Assembly (NCBI RefSeq): GCF_009914755.1
Contig: NC_060948.1
DNA length: 64,000 bases
DNA from: the human T2T-CHM13v2.0 reference genome, Homo sapiens
Direction: 5' to 3' (one strand)
Below are positions 17,569-42,076 of the stretch, piece by piece. Made by a program: the position numbers and the translations under genes. Below the pieces are notes generated by a model. The model had not been told where the DNA came from. It ran no database searches and saw only the letters and a list, made by a program, of their open reading frames with translations. Each line of letters opens with the position of its first letter. Position 1 is the stretch's first letter.

Positions 17569-19972
17569 TGTCATAGGCATCCGTGTGAAGAGACCACCAA
17601 CAGGCTCTGTGTGAGCAATAAAGCTTTTTAATCACCTGGGTGCAGGTGGGCTGATTCTGAAAAGAGAGTCAGCAAAGAGTGGTGGGATTATCATTAGTTC
17701 TTATAGGTTCGGGATAGGTGGTGGAGTTAGGAGCAATTTTTTGTGGGCAGGGAGTGGATCTTACAAAGGACATTCTCAAGGGTGGGGATGATTTTACAAA
17801 GTACCTTCTTAAGGGCGGGGGAGGATATTACAAAGTACCTTCTCAAGGGTGGGGATGATTTTACAAAGTACCTTCTTAAGGGCGGGGGAGGATATTACAA
17901 AGTACCTTCTCAAGGGTGGGGGTGGATATTAGAAAGTACCTTCTTAAGGGCGGGGGAGGATATTACAAAGTACCTTCTCAAGGGTGGGGGAGGATATTAC
18001 AAAGTACCTTCTCAAGGGTGGGGGAGGATATTACAAAGTACCTTCTCAAGGGTGGGGATGATTTTACAAAGTACCTTCTTAAGGGCAGGGTGGATATTAC
18101 AAAGTACCTTCTCAAGGGTGGGGGTGGATATTACAAAGTACCTTCTCAAGGGTGGGGATGATTTTACAAAGTACCTTCTTAAGGGCGGGGGAGGATATTA
18201 CAAAGTACCTTCTCAAGTGTGGGGGTGGATATTACAAAGGACATTCTCAAGGGTGGGGATGATTTTACAAAGTACCTTCTTAAGGGCAGGGGAGGATATT
18301 CCAAAGTACCTTCTCAAGGGTGGGGAGGATATTACAAAGTACCTTCTTAAGGGCGGGGGAGGATATTACAAAGTACCTTCTCAAGGGTGGGGGTGGATAT
18401 TAGAAAGTACCTTCTCAAGGGTGGGGAGGATATTACAAAGTACCTTCTCAAGGGTGGGGGTGGATATTACAAAGTACCTTCTCAAGGGTGGGGATGATTT
18501 TACAAAGTACCTTCTTAAGGGTGGGGGTGGATATTACAAAGTACCTTCTCAAGGGTGGGGGAGGATATTACAAAGTACCTTCTCAAGGGTGGGGATGATT
18601 TTACAAAGTACCTTCTTAAGGGCAGGGTGGATATTACAAAGTACCTTCTCAAGGGTGGGGGTGGATATTACAAAGTACCTTCTCAAGGGTGGGGATGATT
18701 TTACAAAGTACCTTCTTAAGGGCAGGGGAGGATATTACAAAGTACCTTCTCAAGTGTGGGGGTGGATATTACAAAGGACATTCTCAAGGGTGGGGATGAT
18801 TTTACAAAGTACCTTCTTAAGGGCAGGGGAGGATATTCCAAAGTACCTTCTCAAGGGTGGGGAGGATATTACAAAGTACCTTCTTAAGGGCGGGGGAGGA
18901 TATTACAAAGTACCTTCTCAAGGGTGGGGGTGGATATTACAAAGTACCTTCTTAAGGGCAGGGGAGGATATTACAAAGTACCTTCTCAAGGGTGGGGGTG
19001 GATATTAGAAAGTACCTTCTCAAGGGTGGGGAGGATATTACAAAGTACCTTCTCAAGGGTGGGGGTGGATATTACAAAGTACCTTCTCAAGGGTGGGGAT
19101 GATTTTACAAAGTACCTTCTTAAGGGTGGGGGAGGATATTACAAAGTACCTTCTCAAGGGTGGGGGTGGATATTACAAAGGACATTCTCAAGGGTGGGGA
19201 TGATTTTACAAAGTACCTTCTTAAGGGTGGGGGAGGATATTACAAAGTACCTTCTCAAGGGTGGGGGTGGATATTACAAAGTACCTTCTTAAGGGCAGGG
19301 GAGGATATTACAAAGTACCTTCTCAAGGGTGGGGATGATTTTACAAAGTACCTTCTTAAGGGCGGGGGAGGATATTACAAAGTACCTTCTCAAGGGTGGG
19401 GGTGGATATTAGAAAGTACCTTCTCAAGGGTGGGGATGATATTACAAAGTACCTTCTCAAGGGTGGGGGTGGATATTACAAAGTACCTTCTCAAGGGTGG
19501 GGATGATTTTACAAAGTACCTTCTTAAGGGCGGGGGAGGATATTACAAAGTACCTTCTCAAGGGTGGGGGTGGATATTACAAAGTACCTTCTTAAGGGCA
19601 GGGGAGGATATTACAAAGTACCTTCTCAAGGGTGGGGATGATTTTACAAAGTACCTTCTTAAGGGCGGGGGAGGATATTACAAAGTACCTTCTCAAGGGT
19701 GGGGAGGGTGTGTTGTACAAAATACATTCACAAGGGTGGGGGACTATCAGAAAGTACATTATCACAAGGGCGGGGAGGGTGTATTGTCACAAAGTCAATT
19801 GATCAGTTAGGGTTGGGCAGGAACAAATCACAATGGTGGAATGTCATCAGTTAAGACAGGAACTGGCTATTTTCACTTCTTTTGTGGGTCTTCAATTGCT
19901 TCAGGCCACCTGGATGTATACGTGCAGGTCACAGGGGATATGATGGCTTAGCTTGGGCTCAGAGGCCTGACA
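17569..19972 (-). mobile_element. HERV-H solo LTR (LTR7 family) expanded by internal minisatellite
   Basis: TG...CA ends, 5-bp TSD GGCAC (17564-17568, 19973-19977); reverse strand begins tgtcaggcctctgagcccaagctaagccatcatatcccctgtgacctgcacg. Confidence 0.93.
17750..19710. repeat. 33-34 bp minisatellite (ggggaggatattacaaagtaccttctcaagggt), ~58 copies
   Basis: Direct inspection; several interleaved variant units. Confidence 0.97.
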
Positions 19973-21699
19973 GGCACTGCTTACTCACTGATGAGTCTCC
20001 GTTGGGACTTACTTCCAGGACTCCATCAGCAGGGGATTTTTCTGCTTCAAGGGCTCATGCTGGGCACATGAATGGAAGGGTTGATTCCTCCTGGAGGCGT
20101 CGAGGGAGATGCCTCCAAAAGGAGGAACTGACTCTCTTTGACCAACGTCACATGATAGCAACCTGCCAGGAACCAGGAACCAGAGACACGTATCCAACCA
20201 AAAGGCACCTGCCTCTTCCCCAGCTCCTGCTGGTTTGTGGGGCAACCCTGGGAGTCCTTGTCTTGCAAATGTGTTGTCTAGCTCTCCTCCTGAATGAGGC
20301 ATCACCTGCATTCTCCACCTGCGTTCTTTGGAAGAGCTTTGCAGCCTCTCAGGAGAGCTGCTCACCTGTCCCCCCTGCCTGCTCATTGCCCTGTGCAAAC
20401 CAGAGTCCTGAGACACTCCCCAAAGGTTGGTCCCTACCAACCCAGGTTGCCTCTTGTTTCTTGCAACAAGACAGCAAAAGACGCTGCAGAAGGATCGCTT
20501 ACCTTGTTTGGAAAGAGAGCCCACCCTTTCACCTCGCTGGCAAACATTTTCTTGTGTCCTAATGAGAACCCCAAGGAATACCCCGGGATGTGAGGAGAGG
20601 GAGCGTCCGCCCGGCGGCCCGCCCCAAGGAGCCTGAGGCTGTCCTGCACACATCACCACACACACTCTCTGCATTGCAGTCCCATGTTTATAGAGAAGAT
20701 TACAGGTGAGTTTCCAAAATCCCAGCCCATGCTGCCCCTACCTGACGATGTTTGATTTCCGAATTCCTTTAATTTCAGCAAATGGATATTGGCTGTGGGT
20801 CAGCATAGATTTTTTCCGGTTATTTAAACAACATTTCAGATGCTTTTCCTGGCATCATTAGCTGAATGCTTCTACTGACAGCTGGAATCATTCAAACATC
20901 TGAGACAAGAGAGTGAACAGGACGTTCACTTGTTACCGTATCTCCTCGCTTCTCAACCACCACCCCTGAAATTCGCAGACTGTCACTGGGGAGCCTGTGA
21001 ACGTGGCTGAACGCAAACGGATTTAAAACTTGACAGGTGTTTCCAGCATGGAAAGGAACAAGGACTATAACGGCGAATAATAATAATAATAATAATAATA
21101 AAAGACAAATTAGGGATCAAGATCCAGTCTGTTTTTGTCTCATTTATAGTCTTTTCTCCAAGAGGTTGTAGGCTGGTACCATTTCACTAGGTTAAAAGCC
21201 TACGGTGTCAAGAGGTGCTAAGCTTTGCTGCTGTCTCTTGCTTGGCAAGACAAGCTCCGAGTCTTTCTGGAACTGACAATTGTGTGTGGGCATTTTCTTG
21301 TTTCTGGGGTTCTTTGCATGCATAGGGGCTGATCTTTGATATCCACTCTGGACTCCTCTCTGCAAACCTCTGGACATGCCACAGACAGCAGCTGTAACTT
21401 ACTGAGGTCAACCTGCTTACAACCCACGTACCAACCCCATGGAGGTGATTGTCGTATGACTAACAGCAGGCAGTTAAGGAGAAAGTCATGCTTTACAAAC
21501 GAGTCTGTGACTAGAAATCACAGGACCTGATGAATCCCTCAGAAACCCAAGAGGGATGGACTAACATTAAGGGGTTGTGGACTGTCCAGCCGTGCAGGGA
21601 CAGTCTCCAAGAAGATGCTTTAGACACAACGGTGAATTCTGCAGGCACTAGTTTGCATGCATATTTAGGCGTAGATATTCAAATGCATGAAGGATGTCA

Positions 21700-22401
<702 letters not shown>

Positions 22402-22471
22402 AAGAGTGCCAGTTTTCTAAACACGGGCACACACTTAATTTAATCTACAAATGTTTAAAAATGAGATGTGC

Positions 22472-22775
<304 letters not shown>

Positions 22776-22946
22776 GAGAGATATGCAATAGAGTTAATAA
22801 CCATTTACTGTATTCTTGAAAATTGCTAACAATAGATGTCAACTGTTCTCAACAAAGGAAAATGGTAAGTATGTGAGCAAAGGCCAATGTTAATTAGCTC
22901 AATGTATCCATTCCAAAATATTTATACACATCAAAACTTTACGTGC

Positions 22947-24988
<2,042 letters not shown>

Positions 24989-25243
24989 TCAGTGAAAATC
25001 TGGTTTCCTTTGAGCAGCCTAGATTTCTTTTTCTGACAGAAGCCTTCCTTTTTCCAACATGCTTACTGGTCTGACTGAATTCTACATAAAACCCTCACCA
25101 TTTTTTTTTTGTTTGTTTGTTTTGAGACAGAGTTTTGCTCTTGTTGCCCAGGCTGGAGTGAAATGGCTTAGGGCTTGGAGGGAAGCTCTTAATGAAATAT
25201 TCTTAGAAGCTTGTCAGTAGCCTGGGTGTCCTAAGATAATTGT

Positions 25244-26200
25244 GTGTATATACACATACATACATAATGTATATATGTGTATATATATAATTATAAATAA
25301 TATATAGTAATATATAGCATATATTATATATAATAATATAATTTATATATAAATTATATATAGTGTAATATATAACATATAGTATATATAGCATATATTA
25401 TATATAATTATGCACATAATATATATTTTATATATTATGCACATAATATATGCATACGTATAGCATATATTATATATAATTATGCACACAATTATGCACA
25501 CATAATATATGGTATATATACTATATGTTATGTATAGTATATTACACTATATAATATGTTATATGTAGTATATATACTATATATTATATAAATGATATAA
25601 TAGTTATGTTATATATTATCTTACATTATGTATATATTATATAGAATAATTATATATACTATATATACTATATATACTATATATACTACATGTAATATAT
25701 AATATATAGTATAGTATATTATATATAGTATAGTAATTATATAATATAGTATATTATACATAATATATATTATAATATATAATGTAGTATATACTATATA
25801 TTATAATATATAATATAGTATATACTATATATAATATATAGCATATATTATATATGTAATTCCAGGCTAATACATAATATATATGTTATATATATTATAT
25901 ATAATTCTAGACTAATATATGTTTGTATAATATATACAAATGTTTGTTCTGTTTTTTCTATATATAATATATATTCTAGGCTGAAATATATATTTGTGAT
26001 ATATAATATTTTATATATGTATATATTATATATTTATAGTATATAATTTATTTACATATTATATATTTATAACATATAATTTATTTAATTTGTAATATAA
26101 TATATTTAATTTACAATATATAGTATATTTAATTTCTAACATATCTTATATATTTACATATTAAATATATTTATTATATATGTATTTATATGTATATATT
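25244..26200. repeat. (TA)n-rich low-complexity tract
   Basis: Nearly pure A/T. Confidence 0.95.
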
Positions 26201-26287
26201 TCAGCCTAGAGGACAATTATCTGAGGACGCCCAGGTTACTGACAAGTCTCTGAAGATGTTTCATATATATATAGATTTATCTGTGAT

Positions 26288-26571
26288 TTGAGACAGGGTC
26301 TCACTGTCCCCCAGGCTGGAGTGCAATACCACAATCACAGCTCTCTGCAGCCTCGACCTCCCAAAGCTCAGGTGATCCTCCTGCCTCAGCACCTCCGAGT
26401 AGCTGGGATTACAGGCACCCGCCACCACACCTGGCTAATTTTTGTATTTTTAGTAGAGACAGGGTTTCACCATGTTGCCTAGGCTGGTCTCGAACTCCTG
26501 ACCTCAGGTGATCCGCCCGCCTCGGCCTCCCAAAGTGCTGGGATGACAGGCGTGAGCCGCCTCTCCTGGCC
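26288..26571 (-). mobile_element. Alu
   Basis: Alu consensus. Confidence 0.88.
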
Positions 26572-27302
26572 TGGGCTGAACTATATTATAGGGTCTCTGC
26601 AGTTCTGCCAGAGGATCAGGAAGACGGCCCAGCTCAGAAGCCACAGGCCAGCGAGCATCTCTCCGGATTCCCAAGACTTGGGTCAAACCTCTGCAGAAAT
26701 GTTTGTCTGTTTTTTTTTTTTTTTCTGGAATCTTCTTTTTCAGCTGCTGTCCCCAATCTCAGGCCTGATTTCATGCACTTTTATGCACTTTCAGAAGTGC
26801 ACGAAAGGGACCAAGAGAAGTCTCATTTGCAGCTGAGGACAGCCCTCAGCAGCAGCTCATTAAACAGCCATTTAATGCCCAGTGTTTCCAAACTTGATCA
26901 TGGCTCGAAGTGGGGGGATTTACGCTGTGGAGGCAGCATCTTTCTTAATCCAAAGCTGTCACCTCGGATGCCACGACGGTGTGTGAAAATCTCTTGGGAG
27001 CGCCAGAACCCAGGGCCACACGGTCGGCAGAAACGAAATGAAGAAATTACAGTAATTTTCTAGTTTAACGAGGTCGCGTTCCTTCTGTTGTCATTCACCA
27101 GCTACAACGAGAGAAGCCCAAATTTTCTGCCCCTGGCATTTTTTTTTAAACAGAATTTCACATGCAAACAAAAATAGATTGCTCTAAAAATGAGTGTTTT
27201 GGAGGTTTTCAGTACAGGCAGGTGGGAGGGGAAGAGAGATTTTCAATAAGGAGAGAAGGCTCACTTTGGAGACCTTGTTTCTGCGTCTCGTGAATAGACT
27301 CT

Positions 27303-28624
<1,322 letters not shown>

Positions 28625-28634
28625 TTATGTATTT

Positions 28635-28657
28635 CCCCTCTCTCTCTCTCTCTCTCC

Positions 28658-28692
<35 letters not shown>

Positions 28693-29150
28693 AAATGGAG
28701 ATATATAAAAGTATATAAATATAAGAGATAAATATCTAAAGGACATAGATATATTTATTTTATATTATTATATAAAATACATATAAAGGATATCTATCCT
28801 TTATGGATCTATCTATATTATCTATATTATACTGTCTATATTATGATCTATTATTATGTTATATCTATAACTATTATAGATATATTTACATTATATTATA
28901 TCTATATTATCTGTCTGTTATTATAATCTATTATCTATAATATCTATTATATTATCTATATCTATATTATCTGTATCTATATTACTTATATTATTTATAT
29001 ATGCTTTATAGATCTATCTATATTATTTATCTATCTACCTATATTATCTATGTATCTACCATCTATCTATATCATCTATCTATCTACCTATATTATCTAT
29101 CTGTTTTATCTATCTTATCTATCATCTATCTAGATATATCTTAATATATC
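28635..29150. repeat. (CT)n, (TA)n and degenerate (TATC)n
   Basis: Direct inspection. Confidence 0.9.
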
Positions 29151-29155
29151 ATGTA

Positions 29156-30520
<1,365 letters not shown>

Positions 30521-30529
30521 TTTTTTTTT

Positions 30530-31620
<1,091 letters not shown>

Positions 31621-31729
31621 CCTGTCCTTGTTTTATCTGCTTATCATGCACTTCCCTCCAGGGTCTCATAACCCCTTCCCTCACTTCCCCAAGATTCTGC
31701 ACTAAATGTCACTTTAACTTCCAACTCTT

Positions 31730-32950
<1,221 letters not shown>

Positions 32951-33048
32951 TCCTTGACTCCCAGCTCCTTCTAAACAGCTCCTGCACCCCATCTCCTTCT
33001 CTCTCCCTCCATCTCTCTTTCTCTCTCTCACTTTTTCTCTCTCTGTAT

Positions 33049-33656
<608 letters not shown>

Positions 33657-34319
33657 TGAGATTGTATCTGATTTTCGACTGATGTATTTCCTGATTGGCT
33701 GTGTCCTCCAGTAAGATGGGAACTCGGTGAGAACAGAGAATGTACTTCTGTATTTCCCTCTCGTGTGCCTGGAAGACAAGCAGGTGCTCGTCTAAGTGGG
33801 TGGATCTGTTTCTTCTTGCTGCTGTAAAAAGTGATCCTAAATGCAATGGTTCCAAACGGCACCTCTTCATCATCCTACCGTCACTGTGAGTCAGACATCA
33901 GGCACAGCGTCGCCAGCTGCATCCCCTCCTCAGAGCCTTCTATGGCCACAATTATGAGATCCACGCAGTAGGCTCTGACTGAGGGTCCTAAGAGATGGTC
34001 CATGTCCGCATTCAGGCAGGTCATTTGCCCAAGCTCAGTTCCTTGGGGTTGCAGGAATGAGGTTCCCAATGCAGGACCTGGCTTTGCTCTTGGAGGTGCT
34101 CATGGTCCTTCTCCTGCCCCCACCTGGGACCCCTGTAGCAAGGGCAGGCTGAGTTTCTCTGTGCTTGGAACCCTCCTGATGCCGTCTTCTCCTTGTCTCT
34201 CTGACTCCAGGCACAGAAAGTTCTTTGCTATGGAGAGCGCATCTGATTAGATTGGACCCACTTGGATAAGTTTGGCAAACTGAATCCCATCTTTAAAGTC
34301 CCCTTTGCCATCCAAGGTC

Positions 34320-37162
<2,843 letters not shown>

Positions 37163-38064
37163 GTAAGACAGTCACAGCTTCCGGGGATGAGGGTCTGGAT
37201 ATCTCTTTTTTTGAGGGGGGTGGGGAGATGGGGGCTGGCGTGATTCCATCCCCCACAGGGCTCAGGTACTATTTAATCACTCACAGAATCTGCAAACAGG
37301 ACCCTTTCACAGCTGGCTTGATCCTGATGCCTGCCTGCGGGCAGTGATGCCTTCAGAGCTCTGTGAGTCTTTTTCCTCCGGGGAACACAGGAGTGTCTCC
37401 AGCATTCTGGGAGATCAGATCCTCCTAAAGCACCGCAGCCCGTTTTGCAGCAGAAAGGATTTTGGGAAAGCAAATGAGCAGAATAAAAGCTGCAGAGGGT
37501 GAAAATGATGGTGTCTCCCTCCAGACCGCAATGGTGTCAGGTACCCTCTGGACCCCCAGGTTGTCACCTCCCCTCCAGACCCCTACGTTCTCATGTCTCA
37601 TGTCCCCTCCACACACCCACGCTGTCATAGCCCTGGGCATCGTGGCCTGTGTGCAGAAGAACCTCTCGTCCTTGGAGACCCAGAGTCCCCAAATCACCTG
37701 GCCACACGGGGGACCCCAGTCTTTCTGGTCCAACCTGGCTGCACCCTGAAGTCACGGAGACCTAGAGACCCCAAAACATGTCCCCCAAAGACACCTTACT
37801 GCGCCCTGGTGCAAGGGGCCCCATTCCCAACCTGGAAAGCTGCCTTCCTGACTCCCACACAGACCCCAGACCCGCTGGGAAGGCCCTGGGCGTTTCAGAA
37901 CTCCCCTGGCCAAGCTCCTGAAACCCCAGGAACTGTGACTCCTCTGAAAACAGGGGTGGGAGTCACTCCCACCTCCCCGCTGCCAGACCCAGGGCTACAG
38001 GGTCACGGAGGCAGCCTCAACAGGTGTGGTAGGATGACAGCTGAGGCCAGCAGGCACACAGCAT

Positions 38065-38490
38065 AATGAATGAATGAATGGATGGGTGAATGAATGGATG
38101 GATGAAAGGATGAATGAATGAATGGATGGATGAAAGGATGAATGAATGAATGGATGAATGGATGAATGGATGGCTGAATGGATGAATGGATGGATGAATG
38201 GATGGATGAATGGATGAATGGATGGATGAATGGATGGATGGATGGATGAATGGATGAATGAATGGATGAATGGATGAATGGATGGCTGAATGGATGAATG
38301 GATGGATGAATGGATGGATGGATGGATGAATGGATGGATGAATGGATGGATGGATGGATGAATGGATGGATGAATGGATGAATGGATGGATGAATGGATG
38401 GATGAATGGATGAATGGATGAATGGATGGATGAATGGATGAATGGATGAATGGATGAATGGATGAAGGAATGAATGGATGAAGGAATGAA
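38065..38490. repeat. (TGGA/TGAA)n
   Basis: Direct inspection. Confidence 0.97.
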
Positions 38491-38559
38491 GTGAACCCAG
38501 GGCAGTCCCCTGCCTGCAGTATCTCCCCACACACCTCAGGGCTTTCTTAGCTGCGGCGA

Positions 38560-40480
38560 GCGGACAAGTGCCCTGAGCTAGACTCCCTGAGTGACCAGTG
38601 CAGACAGCTGTCCGCTCAGATCCCCCGGGACCCTCAGCCAGTGGCACAGAGTAGCTCTCCTGCCCACGCCTGCAGAAGCAGACATGCCCGGGTGGTTTAT
38701 CCTGCGTGGCTGGGGGCGTGGGGGTGGCTGGGCTGTCGCTTGCTCCCACCCCTACCCCGGGTGCGCCCCCTGCCCCGTGCGCTGCGGGGGAGAAGAGCGG
38801 GGCGGTGCGCAGAGCGCAGAGCTGGGCTCCGGGCGAGAGTCCAGCCCGGTCGAGCTCAGGTCTCTCGCCCCAAGCTTCGCCTCGGGCCAGGAGGCTGAGC
38901 TGCGGGTGGAAACCGCCCTCCCCTGCCTCGCCCCGGGGCCCCCTCCCCCGCACTCCGGCCCGGGCCGGCGCCTGAGCTCCCCAATTAGCCCGGCTGCACT
39001 CGGACCTCCCCCAAATCCCTCCCCCAGATCCCTGCCCCGCACGCTCCTGCCTGGAGACCCCGCGCGCTCTGCGCTCCCCGCCTTCCCAGCCACCGCGGGT
39101 CAAGTTCCCCAGTGAGCGCAGGGCATGACCGGGGCGCATCCCCGGCCCCCCAACAGGCAGCCTTGGGCGGTCAGCGCGGGCGCCTCATTAGTAGGGTGGG
39201 ATGAAGGGTTCCCCGGAGAGACGCAAGGCGAGCCCCCACCCACCCACCCACCGAGGCCCTGAGCATGGATAAGCGCCCCCAGTCCGGGCACCGTGGGGGA
39301 CCCCTAGGGTCGTGGCCTCGCGGGCTGGTCCAGGAGCGCCCAGGAGCCTGGGGCAGGGGTGGGGGTGGGGGTTCCAGGACCGGCACGTGGGGGCCCCAGA
39401 ACCCCTGCGCTCACCCGCGGGGTCGAGCTGTCTCTCCAGAAGCTGCGCTTGGTCAGGACTTGGGCCTTGTCCCCGCGGAAGTTCTGTTCCAGGCCAGCCC
39501 CCGGAGGCAGGAGGATGGGGAGGAGGCGGCCAGGTCTGCGGCACAAATTAGGCCATTAATTCCTGCCTGCTCCTAGAGAAGGCAAAGTTTCTGTCCTGGA
39601 ATACGTTTCCAAAGACACAGCTTCTGGAAGGGGAAGGGAAAGGATGGAGAGGCTGCGCGGTGCTGATTCCACCCGACAGGCAATGCTCGCGTTCCTTGGA
39701 GTGGGAGGGGTCGGGGCGATGAGAAACCTCTGGGGGATCGGGGCAGGTGGACACGCGCGCTCGGAGCTGTCCAAGGCCTGGTCTCCCCGGCGATGACCCT
39801 ACCCAAGAGTCAGGTCCCCACCTCAGGGAATCCTCCCGTTCCTTGGAGTTGGGGGGATGGGAGCGATGGGAAACCTCTGGGGGCTTGGGGCAGGTGGATA
39901 GGCGCGCTCTGGGCTGTCCAAGGCCTGGTCGCCCCAGGGCTGGCCCTACCCAAGGGTCAGGTCCTCACCTCAGGCCTCAGCCGGGGAGGAAGGCGGTGAA
40001 CCAGGCACGGTGCCCTGTGCGCGCTCCTCGCTCTCCGGAGGCTCGGGGCCCCGTGTCCCCGCCGCGCCCCTGGGTGCCATTCGCGTTCTGCCGAAGCTTC
40101 TAGTCTTGGGAAGCAAAGTGTGCCTCTTCCTGGCTCTGCGCGGTGGAGGTCTTCGTTCCTTTCATCTGCGTTTTGACGTTGGAGAGACGTGGCCAAAGAC
40201 TGGGAGCCTGTTTGGGAGTCCTGCCAATTTCTTAAGCCGGTGCGTCCTGGGGACGCGAATCCCGCGTCTGGGGCACGGGCAGGAGGAAGGAAGGACCAGT
40301 TCTTTTTCTGTCCCCTTGCGGAGGCCCGTGCCAGAAGTGGAAATGACAGTCGAAATACACCTCCAAGATGTGTTCCTCAGAACATGAATGACCGCAGAAA
40401 GGGGGCTGAATTTATTCCTGGCGAGGGAGGGCCGCCCCTTCTTTGTGCAGCGGTGGCCTCCAGCAAACGGCCTTGCTGGG
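38560..40480. promoter_or_regulatory. Upstream CpG island
   Basis: GC- and CpG-rich non-repetitive block about 4 kb upstream of exon 1. Confidence 0.75.
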
Positions 40481-40637
40481 TTTCTTCTTCGTGACAAAGG
40501 CCTTTGCTCCCTGAAAAACATAACGTTTTTCTTAAACAAATAAGAGTTTTCTTAAATAAAACATAGAGGCCCTGTGATTAAATCCGAAAGGAAAGAGGTC
40601 TAATGCCCACCATATGTTGCAAAGTACATGCTAAGGT

Positions 40638-40642
<5 letters not shown>

Positions 40643-40697
<55 letters not shown>

Positions 40698-40698
40698 A
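40643..40698. repeat. (GA)n microsatellite
   Basis: Direct inspection. Confidence 0.97.
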
Positions 40699-41418
40699 GC
40701 AAATTCCACAGAAGGTCCCTGAGAAAAAGCAAACAACGTTTTCTCCTAGGAAGTTTTACTTTAAAAATTGCAAGTTTGCATGGTGGGGTATTTTAGAGAC
40801 ACCCTCTCCTGCACACACACACACGTAGGTACTAGGACTTGTAGAAAAAGCGAGATAAAATGAAACAAATAGAAAAAAAAAACCCCACAGAAAAACAAAG
40901 CTACATTCCCAAGGCAGGTCCTTAGACACATATGGTCAGCCAGGCCTCTAGAGAGAAGAAAAAACCAACCAGGGCCTACGTGCCCTTTTTAAATATTATA
41001 GAGGTTGCCCTTGTCCACTGGATCAGTCTCAGACATTCACGAGCCAGACTGACAAACCTCACTTTAATGAAAATCTATTAGCTTCACGCGGGCAACGTGG
41101 ATGTTTGCGTCAATCAATAAACAGCGTCGGAGGGAGTACAAATCCAGGTTTCTGACTTTAAAAGGGGAGGGGGAAGGAAAAAAAAAACAACAAGAGTTCG
41201 TCTAGGAAACGTGTTGAGACGTCTGTAAAATTCTGAAACCCTAAATACATCCTTATACATATTTAATGTGCGGGGAGGGGTTGGTGGTTGTTATAGGGGC
41301 CGAACCTTGGTCCGAGACCATGAATACCCACCCTTCCGTGCTTATCATGAATAGAAATGGCCTTTCGAATTATGTGCTTAAAAAAAAAGTGGGCCACATG
41401 GAAGGGGTATTTCTTGAA

Positions 41419-41590
41419 ATAGCTGTAGGAGATATACCTAACGTCAATGACGAGTTCATGGGTGCAGCAGACCAGCATGGCACATGTATACGTATGTAAC
41501 TAACCTGCACGTTGTGCACATGTACCCTAAAACTTAAAGTCTAATAAAATAAAATAAAATAAAATAAAATAAAATAAAATAAAAAGAAAA
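41419..41590 (+). mobile_element. Severely 5'-truncated L1PA 3' end with (AAAAT)n tail
   Basis: catggcacatgtatac.tatgtaactaacctgcac.ttgtgcacatgtaccctaaaacttaaagt. Confidence 0.9.
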
Positions 41591-41924
41591 GTGTTTCCTC
41601 CCTGGCTGGAGGACCCAGGAGGAGGTCCCAGTTTTCTGGTGGGGGTGGGCGTGGAGTAGGGGGCGGGGAAGGGATGAGGGCCTTAGGTTCTGCATCAGGA
41701 GGGCTGGAGGCCCCAGAGGGCCCCGTACAAATGCCGCTCTGCAATTAAGAGCTCTGGGCGTGAAATTTGATTTAAAGTAAATACATCAGGTTCCAGAGAG
41801 CGGAGCTTCGTTGGAGCTAAAACTGAAAAAATATAATCAAAGCCATACTTTTCGGGAGTTAAAGAAATCAAGTGTTCAGTATTTGAAGGTTCACGGCTTC
41901 TATTCCCCTTGGTGCTGCAAATGA

Positions 41925-42041
41925 CAGAGAGAGAGAAAGGAGAGAGAGAAAGAAAAGAGAAGAGAGAGAGAGAGAGAAGACAGAAAGACAGAGACAGAGA
42001 AGAGAGAGAAAAGACAGAGAGAAGAGAGAGGACAGAGAGAA

Positions 42042-42076
<35 letters not shown>

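Noticed and set aside
17743-19810. Repetitive ORFs (KYLLKGG...) and CRISPR-like periodicity
   Set aside because: Head-to-tail minisatellite with no unique spacers, inside a human LTR; no cas genes
38003-40539. Many ORFs on both strands in the upstream CpG island
   Set aside because: Expected from high GC and (TGGA)n; no recognisable protein or exon structure
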